From Acidobacteriota bacterium (lineage in GTDB: Bacteria; Acidobacteriota; Vicinamibacteria; Fen-336), in contig JACQGI010000006.1 in the NCBI GenBank assembly GCA_016199625.1, positions 1 through 31,484 on the forward strand: a stretch of DNA of 31,484 nt. The letters run 5' to 3'. Positions 7,159 to 15,229 of this stretch are shown here, piece by piece (within the stretch, counting starts at the first letter, position 1; each line of letters starts with the position of its first letter). The position numbers and the translations under genes were made by a program. The notes beneath the pieces are model-generated. The model was not told the origin of the DNA, did not search any database, and saw only the letters and a program-made list of their open reading frames with translations.

Positions 7159-8199
7159 TCAGGGAGCCGCGGCGGGGACGGCGGGCGCCGAGAGCGGCTT
7201 GAAGAGCGACTGGTAGATCCGGCCGGCCACGGCGGAGGCGTCGTGGCCATTGCCGCGTCGCAGGAAGACCACGACGACGATCTCGGGGTCCTCGGCCGGC
7301 GCGTACGAAGCGAACCAGCCGAGACGCGAGCACGAGCCGGTCTTCCCGCCCACCACGATCTCGGGGTCGAAGGCGCTGATCGCGCTGCCTTCGTTCACCG
7401 CGGACACGAAGCCGTCGGCGAGTCCCCTGAGCACCGTGCCCGGCGGGAGCCGCCAGCGCTCCTTGGGGACGAACCCCGACTCGGGCCCCACCTGCGGCTG
7501 GAAGACGATCCCGCCGTTGATCGTCGCCGAGATCAGCACGGCGAGCTGCACGGCCGAGGTCTGGATCCCCGCCGCATGGCTCGAGAGGTGCCCCACGTCC
7601 TGCGCACGCACCGAGAGCGGAATGCGCCCGCCGGTCTCGCCGGTCAGGTTGATCCCCGTGGGCGCGCCGAGGCCGAGGAGATGGGCGTACCGCTGCACCT
7701 TCTCGTAGCCCAACCGCTCGCCGACGCGCTCGAAGTACGGGTTGCACGACACGGCGAGGGCGCGCCGGAGGTCGATGGGCCCGTGGCCGGGCCACATCCA
7801 GCAGCCGCCGTTGCACTCGATGGGCGTCTCGGGCGTGATGACGCCCTCGGACAGGCCTGCGATGCCCACGACGATCTTGAACACCGAGCAGGGCTGGTAT
7901 GCGTGGAGCAAGCCGTAGTACGGGTTCACGACGGCGATCACGCGGCCCGTTCGCGGGTCCAGGGCCACGACCGAACCGGCCGTGCGGCCGAGGGCGCTCT
8001 GGCACGCCTCTCCCACGAGGCGGTCCCTCTCGGAAACGTCGGGCGGCAGGATGAGGGCGGGCAGGGTCGGAGTCGGGGTGACGTTGCGCCGGCGCGACGC
8101 ACGGCTTGCCGTCCGCCCGTCGGAGGCAAGAAGCACCATGGCACCGGCGAGCAGCGCCACAGGGCGCAGGACTGATCGCATTCGCGAGGAGATTAGCAT
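7159..8199 (-). CDS. Small penicillin-binding transpeptidase / class-D beta-lactamase-like domain protein with N-terminal signal/anchor
   Basis: Ordered active-site motifs S-x-x-K (PCSVFK), S-x-N (SCN) and K-T-G (KTGS), with a class-D-like GWFASY motif after KTG. 346 aa is too short for a bifunctional PBP. ATG at 8199, or M7 at 8181. Confidence 0.65.
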   Translation of the reverse strand: MLISSRMRSVLRPVALLAGAMVLLASDGRTASRASRRRNVTPTPTLPALILPPDVSERDRLVGEACQSALGRTAGSVVALDPRTGRVIAVVNPYYGLLHAYQPCSVFKIVVGIAGLSEGVITPETPIECNGGCWMWPGHGPIDLRRALAVSCNPYFERVGERLGYEKVQRYAHLLGLGAPTGINLTGETGGRIPLSVRAQDVGHLSSHAAGIQTSAVQLAVLISATINGGIVFQPQVGPESGFVPKERWRLPPGTVLRGLADGFVSAVNEGSAISAFDPEIVVGGKTGSCSRLGWFASYAPAEDPEIVVVVFLRRGNGHDASAVAGRIYQSLFKPLSAPAVPAAAP

Positions 8200-8264
8200 G
8201 GATCCGGTGTAGAATCGCGGCTTTCCGGGGCGGAGCCGTCGCCCCGCAAGGAGAGAACCGAGCC

Positions 8265-9680
8265 ATGTCCGTCCGCCGCGCCGCCCTGCCCCTGGCCCTC
8301 GTCCTCGTCGTCGCTCAAGCCCCCGCCGCCCTCGCCGACAAGCTCGACAAGGACAGCAAGAAGTGGCTCGACGACGTGGCCGCCCTCATCCTTCCCGAGG
8401 AGGAGAAGACCTTCAAGGGCCTCAAGGAGAAGTCCGACCGGGAGGAGTTCCAGAAGATCTTCTGGGCCCGCCGCAATCCCCTCGGGGCCGCGGCGACCGA
8501 GAACCCCTACCGCCCGGAGTTCGAGAAGGCCAAGGCCGAGGCCGACCAGCGTTTCCGCGCCGCCGGCCAGGCCGGCTCCGGGACCGACTGCGGCCGCGTC
8601 TTCATCCTCCTGGGCGAGCCGAACGAGGCGAAGAAGGACCCGGGCGGCTCGGTGGCCGGAGGGCGCATCCCCGAAATCTGGACGTACAAGAGCCGTCCCG
8701 GCTTCAGCTTCAAGGGCGGGCAGATCGACGTGCCCTTCGACTCGCAGTGCCGGCTGCCGGAGGGCTCGCCGTTCGGCGAGCAGGTGGCCAAGGCGCGGAT
8801 CGTGGACCCCAACATCGACTACCGGGTGGGCAAGGACGGGCGGCTCACCAAGCTCGCCGACATGCTCCCGAAGCCCACGCCCGTCCAGGCGCTGCTCAAG
8901 GAGCCGAAGGAGGACTTCCCTCTCGTAGCCCAGACGAAGCTCGTGATGAGCGGCAAGGACGGCGCCACGTACGTCGCGGGCATCGTGCGTGCCGACGCCG
9001 GCGTCCTGAGCGTGCAGGACGAGGGCGGCGCCAAGCGGGCCGCGATCGTCGTGGCCGCCCAGGCGCTGGACGAGGGCGGCAAGGTGGCGGCCTCGACCTC
9101 CGACCGCGAATCCACGGCCGACGTCGTGAACGGTGCGGTGCTCGCGTCCTACGGCTTCAGCCTCAAGCCCGGCAAGTACAGCGTGCGCGTGGCCCTCCAC
9201 GACCCCAAGGCCGGCAAGGGCTCCGTGGCCACGGTGCCCCTCGAGGTGCCGGACTTCGCGTCGGGGGAGCTGGCCATTTCGGATCTGATCGTCGTTTCCG
9301 ACGTCCAGGAGCACCCCGCCCAGGATCCCAAGAGCCCCCTCGCTGCGTTCTACCTCGGGAAGAACCTGCTCCTGCCGCGGTTCGGCAACGGCTTCGCGAA
9401 GACCGACGCGCTGCAGGTCCTCGGCTTCATCTACAACGCGCAGACCGATCCGGCCACGGGCAAGGCCAGCGTCGTGGCGCGGTTCGCGATCCAGAAGGAC
9501 GGGAAGACGCTGACCTCGAGCGAGGACCAGGCCTTCGAGGAGCCCGCTGCGGCGCCCGGCATCGGCCCCGTGCCCCTCGAGAAGTTCCAGCCGGGGAAGT
9601 ACGTCATCCAGCTCAAGGTCCAGGACAAGGTCGCCAAGAAGGACCTGGTGAAGGAAGGGAGCTTCGAGGTCTTGCCCTAG
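8265..9680 (+). CDS. Secreted GWxTD-domain protein (variant GSGTD) with a long C-terminal beta-rich region
   Basis: ATG at 8265 with AAGGAGAG 10 nt upstream. The signal peptide is MSVRRAALPLALVLVVAQAPAALA. The block FWARRNP..TENPYRPEF...RFRAAGQAGSGTDCGRVFILLGEPNE matches the FWxRRDP...GWxTDRGRVYI..G.P signature. Confidence 0.6.
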   Translation: MSVRRAALPLALVLVVAQAPAALADKLDKDSKKWLDDVAALILPEEEKTFKGLKEKSDREEFQKIFWARRNPLGAAATENPYRPEFEKAKAEADQRFRAAGQAGSGTDCGRVFILLGEPNEAKKDPGGSVAGGRIPEIWTYKSRPGFSFKGGQIDVPFDSQCRLPEGSPFGEQVAKARIVDPNIDYRVGKDGRLTKLADMLPKPTPVQALLKEPKEDFPLVAQTKLVMSGKDGATYVAGIVRADAGVLSVQDEGGAKRAAIVVAAQALDEGGKVAASTSDRESTADVVNGAVLASYGFSLKPGKYSVRVALHDPKAGKGSVATVPLEVPDFASGELAISDLIVVSDVQEHPAQDPKSPLAAFYLGKNLLLPRFGNGFAKTDALQVLGFIYNAQTDPATGKASVVARFAIQKDGKTLTSSEDQAFEEPAAAPGIGPVPLEKFQPGKYVIQLKVQDKVAKKDLVKEGSFEVLP

Positions 9681-9689
9681 GGTCCGCTC

Positions 9690-9709
9690 GAACCCGCTTC
9701 GCCGGGTTC
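9690..9709 (+). terminator. Hairpin gaacccg-cttcgc-cgggttc 10 nt after the GWxTD stop (no U-tract)
   Basis: A 7-bp perfect stem. It could be a terminator or an attenuator. Confidence 0.3.
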
Positions 9710-9732
9710 TGAGGCTGAGGGAGGCGAGGCGG

Positions 9733-10071
9733 ATGTGGGTCCTTGTCGGAGCGGTTACCGCCGTCGCTGCGTCGTTTCCGATCGCGGCGCTCTCCGCACT
9801 CGTCTTCCGCTTTCCGGTGCCCTTCGCCGGGTACATGAGCGGACCAGAAGCGGTCCTTCCAGCCCTGTCCGCAGTGCTGTTCTACGGCATGGCGCTCGGG
9901 GGATTCCTGGTGCAAGCATTCCTCGGGGGCCTTGCTGGACTCGTTGCGCAACATCGGGGGTCGCGGGACAGGAAGCGGACCGCCAGGTTGTGCCTGGTGT
10001 TCTCGGTGCTCGGCTCGGCGTGCGGGGTCTTGACCTTGTCCGTTCTCGACAAGATCATCGGCCCCTGGTAG
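9733..10071 (+). CDS. Small integral membrane protein (112 aa, ~4 TM)
   Basis: ATG follows GGGAGGCGAGG. The sequence is hydrophobic, and GC3 is visibly lower than in neighbouring genes (ctt, gga, gtt, gca, cca, gaa codons). Confidence 0.5.
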   Translation: MWVLVGAVTAVAASFPIAALSALVFRFPVPFAGYMSGPEAVLPALSAVLFYGMALGGFLVQAFLGGLAGLVAQHRGSRDRKRTARLCLVFSVLGSACGVLTLSVLDKIIGPW

Positions 10072-10149
10072 AGCGATGCTGAGAAGGCGATCGGGTGTTG
10101 GTCCTGTCCGGGCCGTCCGCGACGCGGACGCGGCACGGCCCTTCTCCCG

Positions 10150-10671
10150 ATGACGAAGGCCGTGGTGCCCGAGGCCGCGATCCTCCAGGCGTGGCGCACC
10201 AATGACCGCGTCACCCGTTTCCTGATCGAGCGGCTCTCGGGTCCTCTGTGGGGCGAGCCGGTGCCGGGCTATCCGCGCCGCACCGTCCGGGCCATCGCCG
10301 CGCACCTGCACAACAGCCGCTGTGTGTGGATCAAGACCATCGGCCGGAGCGCCGGCATCGAGGCGCCGCGGCACGTGGACCGCGGCCGCGTGGCGCCACG
10401 GGCCCTGGTCCGTGCGCTCGCGTCGAGCAGTCGCGGCGTCGTCAGGATCCTGCAGATGGGCTTCCGTAACGGGGGTGCGCTCCCGCCGGTGGCCTGGAGC
10501 TGCTTCGCGCGCGACGTGGTGCACCTGCTGGCGGTACTCGTGGCCCACGAAGCCCATCACCGCGGGCAGATCGTGCTGCTGGCCCGACAGCTCGGGCATC
10601 GGCTTCCCGTGCCGGTCACAGCGGGCCTGTGGCAGTGGAATCGGCGCTGGAAGGAAGTGACGGACCGCTGA
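10150..10671 (+). CDS. DinB/YfiT-like (DinB_2) metal-dependent hydrolase superfamily protein
   Basis: 173 aa with the C-terminal HEAHHRGQI motif and the AAHLHN histidine block typical of the DinB_2 four-helix bundle. Confidence 0.7.
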   Translation: MTKAVVPEAAILQAWRTNDRVTRFLIERLSGPLWGEPVPGYPRRTVRAIAAHLHNSRCVWIKTIGRSAGIEAPRHVDRGRVAPRALVRALASSSRGVVRILQMGFRNGGALPPVAWSCFARDVVHLLAVLVAHEAHHRGQIVLLARQLGHRLPVPVTAGLWQWNRRWKEVTDR

Positions 10672-10681
10672 GCCGACGAGG

Positions 10682-11836
10682 CTAGGCGGCCTTCTGGGCT
10701 CCGGCCTTGAGGACCTCGAGGGCCTTCTCGAGGATGGGATCGGAGCCCTCCTTCGCCTCGTCCGGGGCAGCCACGGGGACGGTCGGCTCGACGCCGCGGC
10801 CGTGGATCGCGTTGCCCTTGGGCGAGACGTACTTGGCCACGGTGAGGACCAGGCCGCCCTCGGGGAGCGGCACGGCCTTCTGCAACGGCGCGCGGCCGAA
10901 GGTCCGCTCGCCCACGACCGGCGAGCCTCCCGACTCGAGGAGCGCCGCAGCCACGATCTCCGCGGCTCCCGCCGTCGCGCGATCCACGAGGACCGCCACG
11001 GGCAGATCCCACGCCGCCCGCGAAGCGTCGGCGTTGAAGACCTGCTCGGACGTCCGGCGCCCGGTCACCTTCGCGACCACCCCGCTCTTGAGGAAGAGCG
11101 ACGCCACCTTGACGCCCTCGGAGAGCGGGCCCCAGGCGGAGCCGCGGAGGTCGAGGACCAGACCGCGGGCTCCCGCGCGGCGGAGCCCCTCGATCTCGCC
11201 GCGCGCCTCGTCCGCCGCGCGCGCAGGGAACTCCGCGAGCTTCAGGTAGCCGACGCCGTCCGGGAGCATCCTTCCGCTCGGCGCGACCGGCGCCAGGCGC
11301 TCGCGCACGACGGAGAAGTCCAGGGGCTCGCTCCCGGCCCGGAGGACCATCAGCTTCACGACCGACCCCGGCGCCCCTCGGAGGAGGCGCTCGCCCACGG
11401 GCAACCCGATCTGACGGGAGTGCTGGCCGTCGATGGTCTTGAGGATGTCACCGACCCGCAGACCCGCCTTCTCGGCGGGTGAGCCCGGCCGCGTCGAGAC
11501 CACCATCAGGAAGGAGAACCGCCGCGTCAGCACGAGGCCCACGTCGGCGTCGGAATCCTTCGGGGGCTTCTGGTACGCGGCGAAGTCGTCGGGATCGAGG
11601 TACGCGCTGTCGCCGTCGAGCGCCTCCGCGAGGCCGCGCTGGGCCGCGTTCATGGTCCGGTCGAGGTCCACCGGCTCCACGTACGCGTCCATGACGAGGC
11701 GGACGACCTCGTTGAACACCGCGAGCTGGCCGTAGGTGGTGTCTCCCAGGACCCGTCCCAGCAGCGAGCCGACGGCGACGTAGCCGATGACGCCGGTGGA
11801 GACGAGGGCGACGAGGACGCGGGTGCGTGGGGTCAT
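10682..11836 (-). CDS. ctpA: C-terminal processing peptidase, S41 family, with PDZ domain
   Basis: 384 aa with an N-terminal TM anchor, a PDZ segment (GLRVGDILKTIDGQ) and S41 catalytic blocks (GLVLDLRGSAWG, catalytic Ser, ...K...). Confidence 0.85.
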   Translation of the reverse strand: MTPRTRVLVALVSTGVIGYVAVGSLLGRVLGDTTYGQLAVFNEVVRLVMDAYVEPVDLDRTMNAAQRGLAEALDGDSAYLDPDDFAAYQKPPKDSDADVGLVLTRRFSFLMVVSTRPGSPAEKAGLRVGDILKTIDGQHSRQIGLPVGERLLRGAPGSVVKLMVLRAGSEPLDFSVVRERLAPVAPSGRMLPDGVGYLKLAEFPARAADEARGEIEGLRRAGARGLVLDLRGSAWGPLSEGVKVASLFLKSGVVAKVTGRRTSEQVFNADASRAAWDLPVAVLVDRATAGAAEIVAAALLESGGSPVVGERTFGRAPLQKAVPLPEGGLVLTVAKYVSPKGNAIHGRGVEPTVPVAAPDEAKEGSDPILEKALEVLKAGAQKAA

Positions 11837-11842
11837 GCTCCG

Positions 11843-11848
11843 ATTATA
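11843..11848 (-). promoter_or_regulatory. Perfect TATAAT hexamer 6 nt upstream of the ctpA ATG (possible -10 giving a leaderless or very short-leader mRNA)
   Basis: The minus strand reads cgcTATAATcggagcATG. A GGAG within the 6-nt gap is too close to serve as a normal SD. Confidence 0.35.
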
Positions 11849-11865
11849 GCGAAACGGCCGCCCTC

Positions 11866-13053
11866 CTACTTCTCCGGACGCTTCAGCCAGTCCCCGGGAT
11901 CCTCCGGCCTGCCCTGGAAGCGCATCTCGAAGTACAGGCCGGGGCCGCCCTCGAGGCCTGCGACGCCCACGGTGCCCACGGTCTCGCCGGCGAGCACGCG
12001 CCGACCCGGCTTCACGGTGGTCTCGCCGAGGTGGGCGTAGAGCGAGTGGTGCTTGCCGCCGTGGTCGAGGACCACCATGAGGCCGTAGCCGCGGAAGCGG
12101 TCGGCGAAGACCACCGTCCCTTCGTGTACCGCCGCCACCGGCGCGTCCGAGGGGGCCTCGATCTCCATGCCGTTCTGCACGGTGTAGGTGTCGAACTTCG
12201 GGTGCTTGCGGCGCCCGAAGGGCACGCGCACGCGCCCGGCCGCCGGCCAGGCGAGCGTGCCCCGAAACGCGGCGATGGGGACGGCGACCTCGCCTTCGGC
12301 GAGGCCCAGGAGGAGCTGGCGCAGCTTGGCCTCGGCCTCCTCGAGCTCCTGGAGGTAGGCTGCGTGGGTCTCCTTCTTTCCGACGATCTGGGTGAGGAGC
12401 TCCGTCTTGCGCTTGCGATCGGCCTCCAGGTTCCGCCGGGCCCGCTCGAGGCCGGCCCGCAGGGCGAGGGCCTCCTGGGTCCGTGTCTCCAGCTCCGCCC
12501 GCGTGGTCGCCAGGGCGGCGAGGTCCCCCCGGAAGGCCGCCATGCGCTGGTTGTCGCGCCGTGCGAGGGCGGTGACGTAGCGGTAGCCCCGGAAGAAGTC
12601 CGAGGGGCGCTCGACGGAGAGGAGCAGGCGCAGGTACGACAGCTCGCCGAGCTTGTAGAGGGCCCGGGCCCGCGCGGCGAGGACCGGGCGCGTCTGGTCC
12701 ACGGAGCGTTCGAGGTCGCGCGCGCGGCGGACGATCCGGTCCATGTGGGCGTGGGTGCGCTCGAGGAGGAGGCGGATCTCCCGCAGCTCTTCGGTCCGGA
12801 GCCGCTCTTCCAGCTCGAGCCGCTCCACCTCGCCCAGGAGGCTCTTCTCCTGCTTCCGCAGGCGGGCCACCTCCCGCGCCAGGGCCTCGCGGCGCTCCTG
12901 GACCTTGCGGAGACGTTCGTCGGGTGGGCTCGGAGAAGGCTGCGGAGACGAAGCCGAGGGGGGAGAAGGCGGCGGGGAGGACGGGGGCGCCGGGCCGTCG
13001 CCTCTGACGACGCCCGGCGCCAGCAAGGCGCAGAGAAGGGCGGCCCGCCTCAC
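11866..13053 (-). CDS. Murein hydrolase activator / M23 (LytM) peptidase family protein with long coiled-coil (EnvC-like)
   Basis: The GTG start (MRRAALLCALLAPGVV signal) overlaps the upstream stop as GTGA. Next come a PS-rich linker, about 230 aa of coiled coil, then a C-terminal LytM domain (GMEIEAP...HLGETTVKPGRRVLAGETVGTVG). Confidence 0.8.
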   Translation of the reverse strand: MRRAALLCALLAPGVVRGDGPAPPSSPPPSPPSASSPQPSPSPPDERLRKVQERREALAREVARLRKQEKSLLGEVERLELEERLRTEELREIRLLLERTHAHMDRIVRRARDLERSVDQTRPVLAARARALYKLGELSYLRLLLSVERPSDFFRGYRYVTALARRDNQRMAAFRGDLAALATTRAELETRTQEALALRAGLERARRNLEADRKRKTELLTQIVGKKETHAAYLQELEEAEAKLRQLLLGLAEGEVAVPIAAFRGTLAWPAAGRVRVPFGRRKHPKFDTYTVQNGMEIEAPSDAPVAAVHEGTVVFADRFRGYGLMVVLDHGGKHHSLYAHLGETTVKPGRRVLAGETVGTVGVAGLEGGPGLYFEMRFQGRPEDPGDWLKRPEK

Positions 13054-15143
13054 ATCAGGGGCTTGCCGTCCAGGTCCTGGGGGATCGGAACGCCCAGGAG
13101 CTTGAGCACCGTGGGCGAGATGTCCATGATGTGCGGCGCCTCGGCGGCGATCTTGCGGTTGCTGAAGAAGACCCCGCCGCTGATCTCCGTGGCCGTGGCG
13201 CAGTGGTCGCCGCTCCACTTGCGATTGTTGTTTTCGATGATCGTGCGGTTCACGCCCCCCAGGGTGTCCTGCCAGCCGACGCGGTAGCCGTCGTTGAAGC
13301 CCACCTGCAGGTCGGGCGCGTACTGGAGATAGTCGCCCTGGTAGATGTCGTCGCGCTTGTAGACGTCCCGGAAGACGCGCTCTCCGGTATCCGGGTCGGT
13401 CAGGGTCACGAGCTCCCGTGCGATCTTGTCCTGGAGCAGCTTGTACTCGGCTCCGGCCGACACGATCCCCCGGGACTCTCGGCCGCGCAGGTTGAAGTAG
13501 ATCTGGCCCAGGCCCACCGCGTAGGCGTGGGTCCTGCTCCAGTCGACGCCCTCCCAGAACTTCCCGCGCCCGAAGAGGTCCGCCAGGGTCTTACGCTGGC
13601 CCTCCTGGCCCTCGAAGACCATGTAGTTGTTCTGGACCAGCCAGGTGTTGAGGTTCACGCCGCGGCGGAAGGAGTGGAAGCCGTGGTCGGAGACGACCAT
13701 GAAGACCGAGTCCTTTGGGACCTTGGCCTGAAGGCGGCCTACGAGGTCGTCGGCGCGGCGATAGACCTTCTCGATGGCGTCGCCGTACTTCGCAGCGAGG
13801 GCGGCGTCGTACATGGGGTGCTTCTCGTCGATGAGGCGGAACATCATGTGGGAGACGCGGTCGGTGGTCTCGATGACGCCCACGAAGAGGTCCCAGTCGT
13901 CGGCCTCGAGGCTCTTGAAGATGATCTTCTCGCGGTCCTCGAAGGCTCGCTCGCAGTCGGCGAGGAACGCGGCCTCGTCGATCCGGCCCTCGTTGAGCGG
14001 CCAGGTCGGCTCGGCCCAGCCCGTGGTCCGGTAGATCCCCACCTGGTCGGCCAGCCGCGCGGAGAAGTCGTCGGGCTTCGAGATCGGGATCGGCGGGTTG
14101 CGCGGATCGAGGTTCAGGGGCTGTGCGTAGATCTGCAGCTCGCGGTCCGCCCGCACGACGTAGAACTGGGCGATCGTCCGGAACTTGACGATGAAGTTGG
14201 CCTTGAAGACCACGGGAACCCAGGGGCTCCACTCGCCGGCCTTCAAGGTGAGCGTCTCGCCCTGGATCTCGAGCTCCGCCTGTCCCGAGCCCTCGTTCCA
14301 CTTCACGGTCATCGGCACCGTGATGTCCTTCGACGTGGCGATCTCCTCGAGGCGTTGCTTGTCCTCCTCGGTGAGCGTCCCGGCCCTCCGCCTGTCCCGT
14401 AGCTCCGCCTCTTCCTGCTTGAGGATGGGGTTCTCGGGCCCGCGGATGAAGGTCTGGGCGACGCCGCCGTCGAAGAGGAGCCGCTTCAGGTAGCCGCCCA
14501 TCTCCGTGTTGCCCTCCTCGAAGGAGGAGAGGTCGGTGGCCCAGTAGCTGAACGTCCCGATGGTCCCGCGGATGTCGGGGAGCGGCAGCCCGGCGAGCAG
14601 CTCGCCGTGGGGAACCTCCTCGGGCGGGAACGTCATGGGCACGGTGAGGATCTTGCTCTTCACCCCGTCCGCTCCCGCGTGGACCCAGAAGGACGTGCCC
14701 CCCCGCGTCGAGGTGACCTTCGGCCGCTGGGTCGGCAGCCAGCCCCAGAGGAACTTGGGCGGCTCCTTCTTCACGCCGGCCAGGTCGGGCATGTAGGTCT
14801 GGAAGTCCCGGACCAGGAAGTCGAAGATGTTGTGCTTGCCGGGGTTGACGCCGGTCGCGAAGCTGGCCCAGGCCACGGGGGACTCCGAGGGCTGGGTGGA
14901 GCCCAGGGTGGAGAACGTGCCGCTCTCGGCGAGCTTCTTGAGGTTCGGGAGCTTCCCTTCGTCCATGAATCGCCGGGTGAGGGTGGGATCCATGCCGTCG
15001 AAGCCCATGATGAAGACGCGCTGCTGCGCCCGGCGAGCGGGCTTGGCCTCGCCCGAGGACGAGGAGGCGCAGCGGACGAGCGGTACGGCCGCGAGTGCGG
15101 CCAGCGCCAGCAGGCCCGGACGGCGGAGCGAAGACGAAGACAT
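13050..15143 (-). CDS. Secreted alkaline-phosphatase-superfamily protein (type I phosphodiesterase / nucleotide pyrophosphatase family)
   Basis: ATG at 15143 with GAGGTG 6 nt upstream (the track start at 15152 is a GTG inside the SD). The signal peptide precedes the VFIMGFDGMDP metal-site block. The late VVSDHGF block is characteristic of the family. Confidence 0.7.
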   Translation of the reverse strand: MSSSSLRRPGLLALAALAAVPLVRCASSSSGEAKPARRAQQRVFIMGFDGMDPTLTRRFMDEGKLPNLKKLAESGTFSTLGSTQPSESPVAWASFATGVNPGKHNIFDFLVRDFQTYMPDLAGVKKEPPKFLWGWLPTQRPKVTSTRGGTSFWVHAGADGVKSKILTVPMTFPPEEVPHGELLAGLPLPDIRGTIGTFSYWATDLSSFEEGNTEMGGYLKRLLFDGGVAQTFIRGPENPILKQEEAELRDRRRAGTLTEEDKQRLEEIATSKDITVPMTVKWNEGSGQAELEIQGETLTLKAGEWSPWVPVVFKANFIVKFRTIAQFYVVRADRELQIYAQPLNLDPRNPPIPISKPDDFSARLADQVGIYRTTGWAEPTWPLNEGRIDEAAFLADCERAFEDREKIIFKSLEADDWDLFVGVIETTDRVSHMMFRLIDEKHPMYDAALAAKYGDAIEKVYRRADDLVGRLQAKVPKDSVFMVVSDHGFHSFRRGVNLNTWLVQNNYMVFEGQEGQRKTLADLFGRGKFWEGVDWSRTHAYAVGLGQIYFNLRGRESRGIVSAGAEYKLLQDKIARELVTLTDPDTGERVFRDVYKRDDIYQGDYLQYAPDLQVGFNDGYRVGWQDTLGGVNRTIIENNNRKWSGDHCATATEISGGVFFSNRKIAAEAPHIMDISPTVLKLLGVPIPQDLDGKPLM

Positions 15144-15229
15144 CGGACGCACCTCACAGGACAGGGGGAATGCCTCCCCTCGAAAGGGGCCATTCTATCC
15201 GAGGGGGCCCGGGACCCGGTAGGCGGCCC

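Noticed and set aside
4686-7250. 854-aa minus-strand ORF overlapping lpxB and the PEGA gene
   Set aside because: The translation is RG/PR-rich nonsense. It is out of frame with the recognisable LpxB sequence and antisense to the PEGA gene.
13131-14402. 423-aa plus-strand ORF antisense to the alkaline-phosphatase-family gene
   Set aside because: The opposite strand carries a clear AlkP-superfamily match, and this frame is low-complexity Gly/Val/Leu/Arg-rich.
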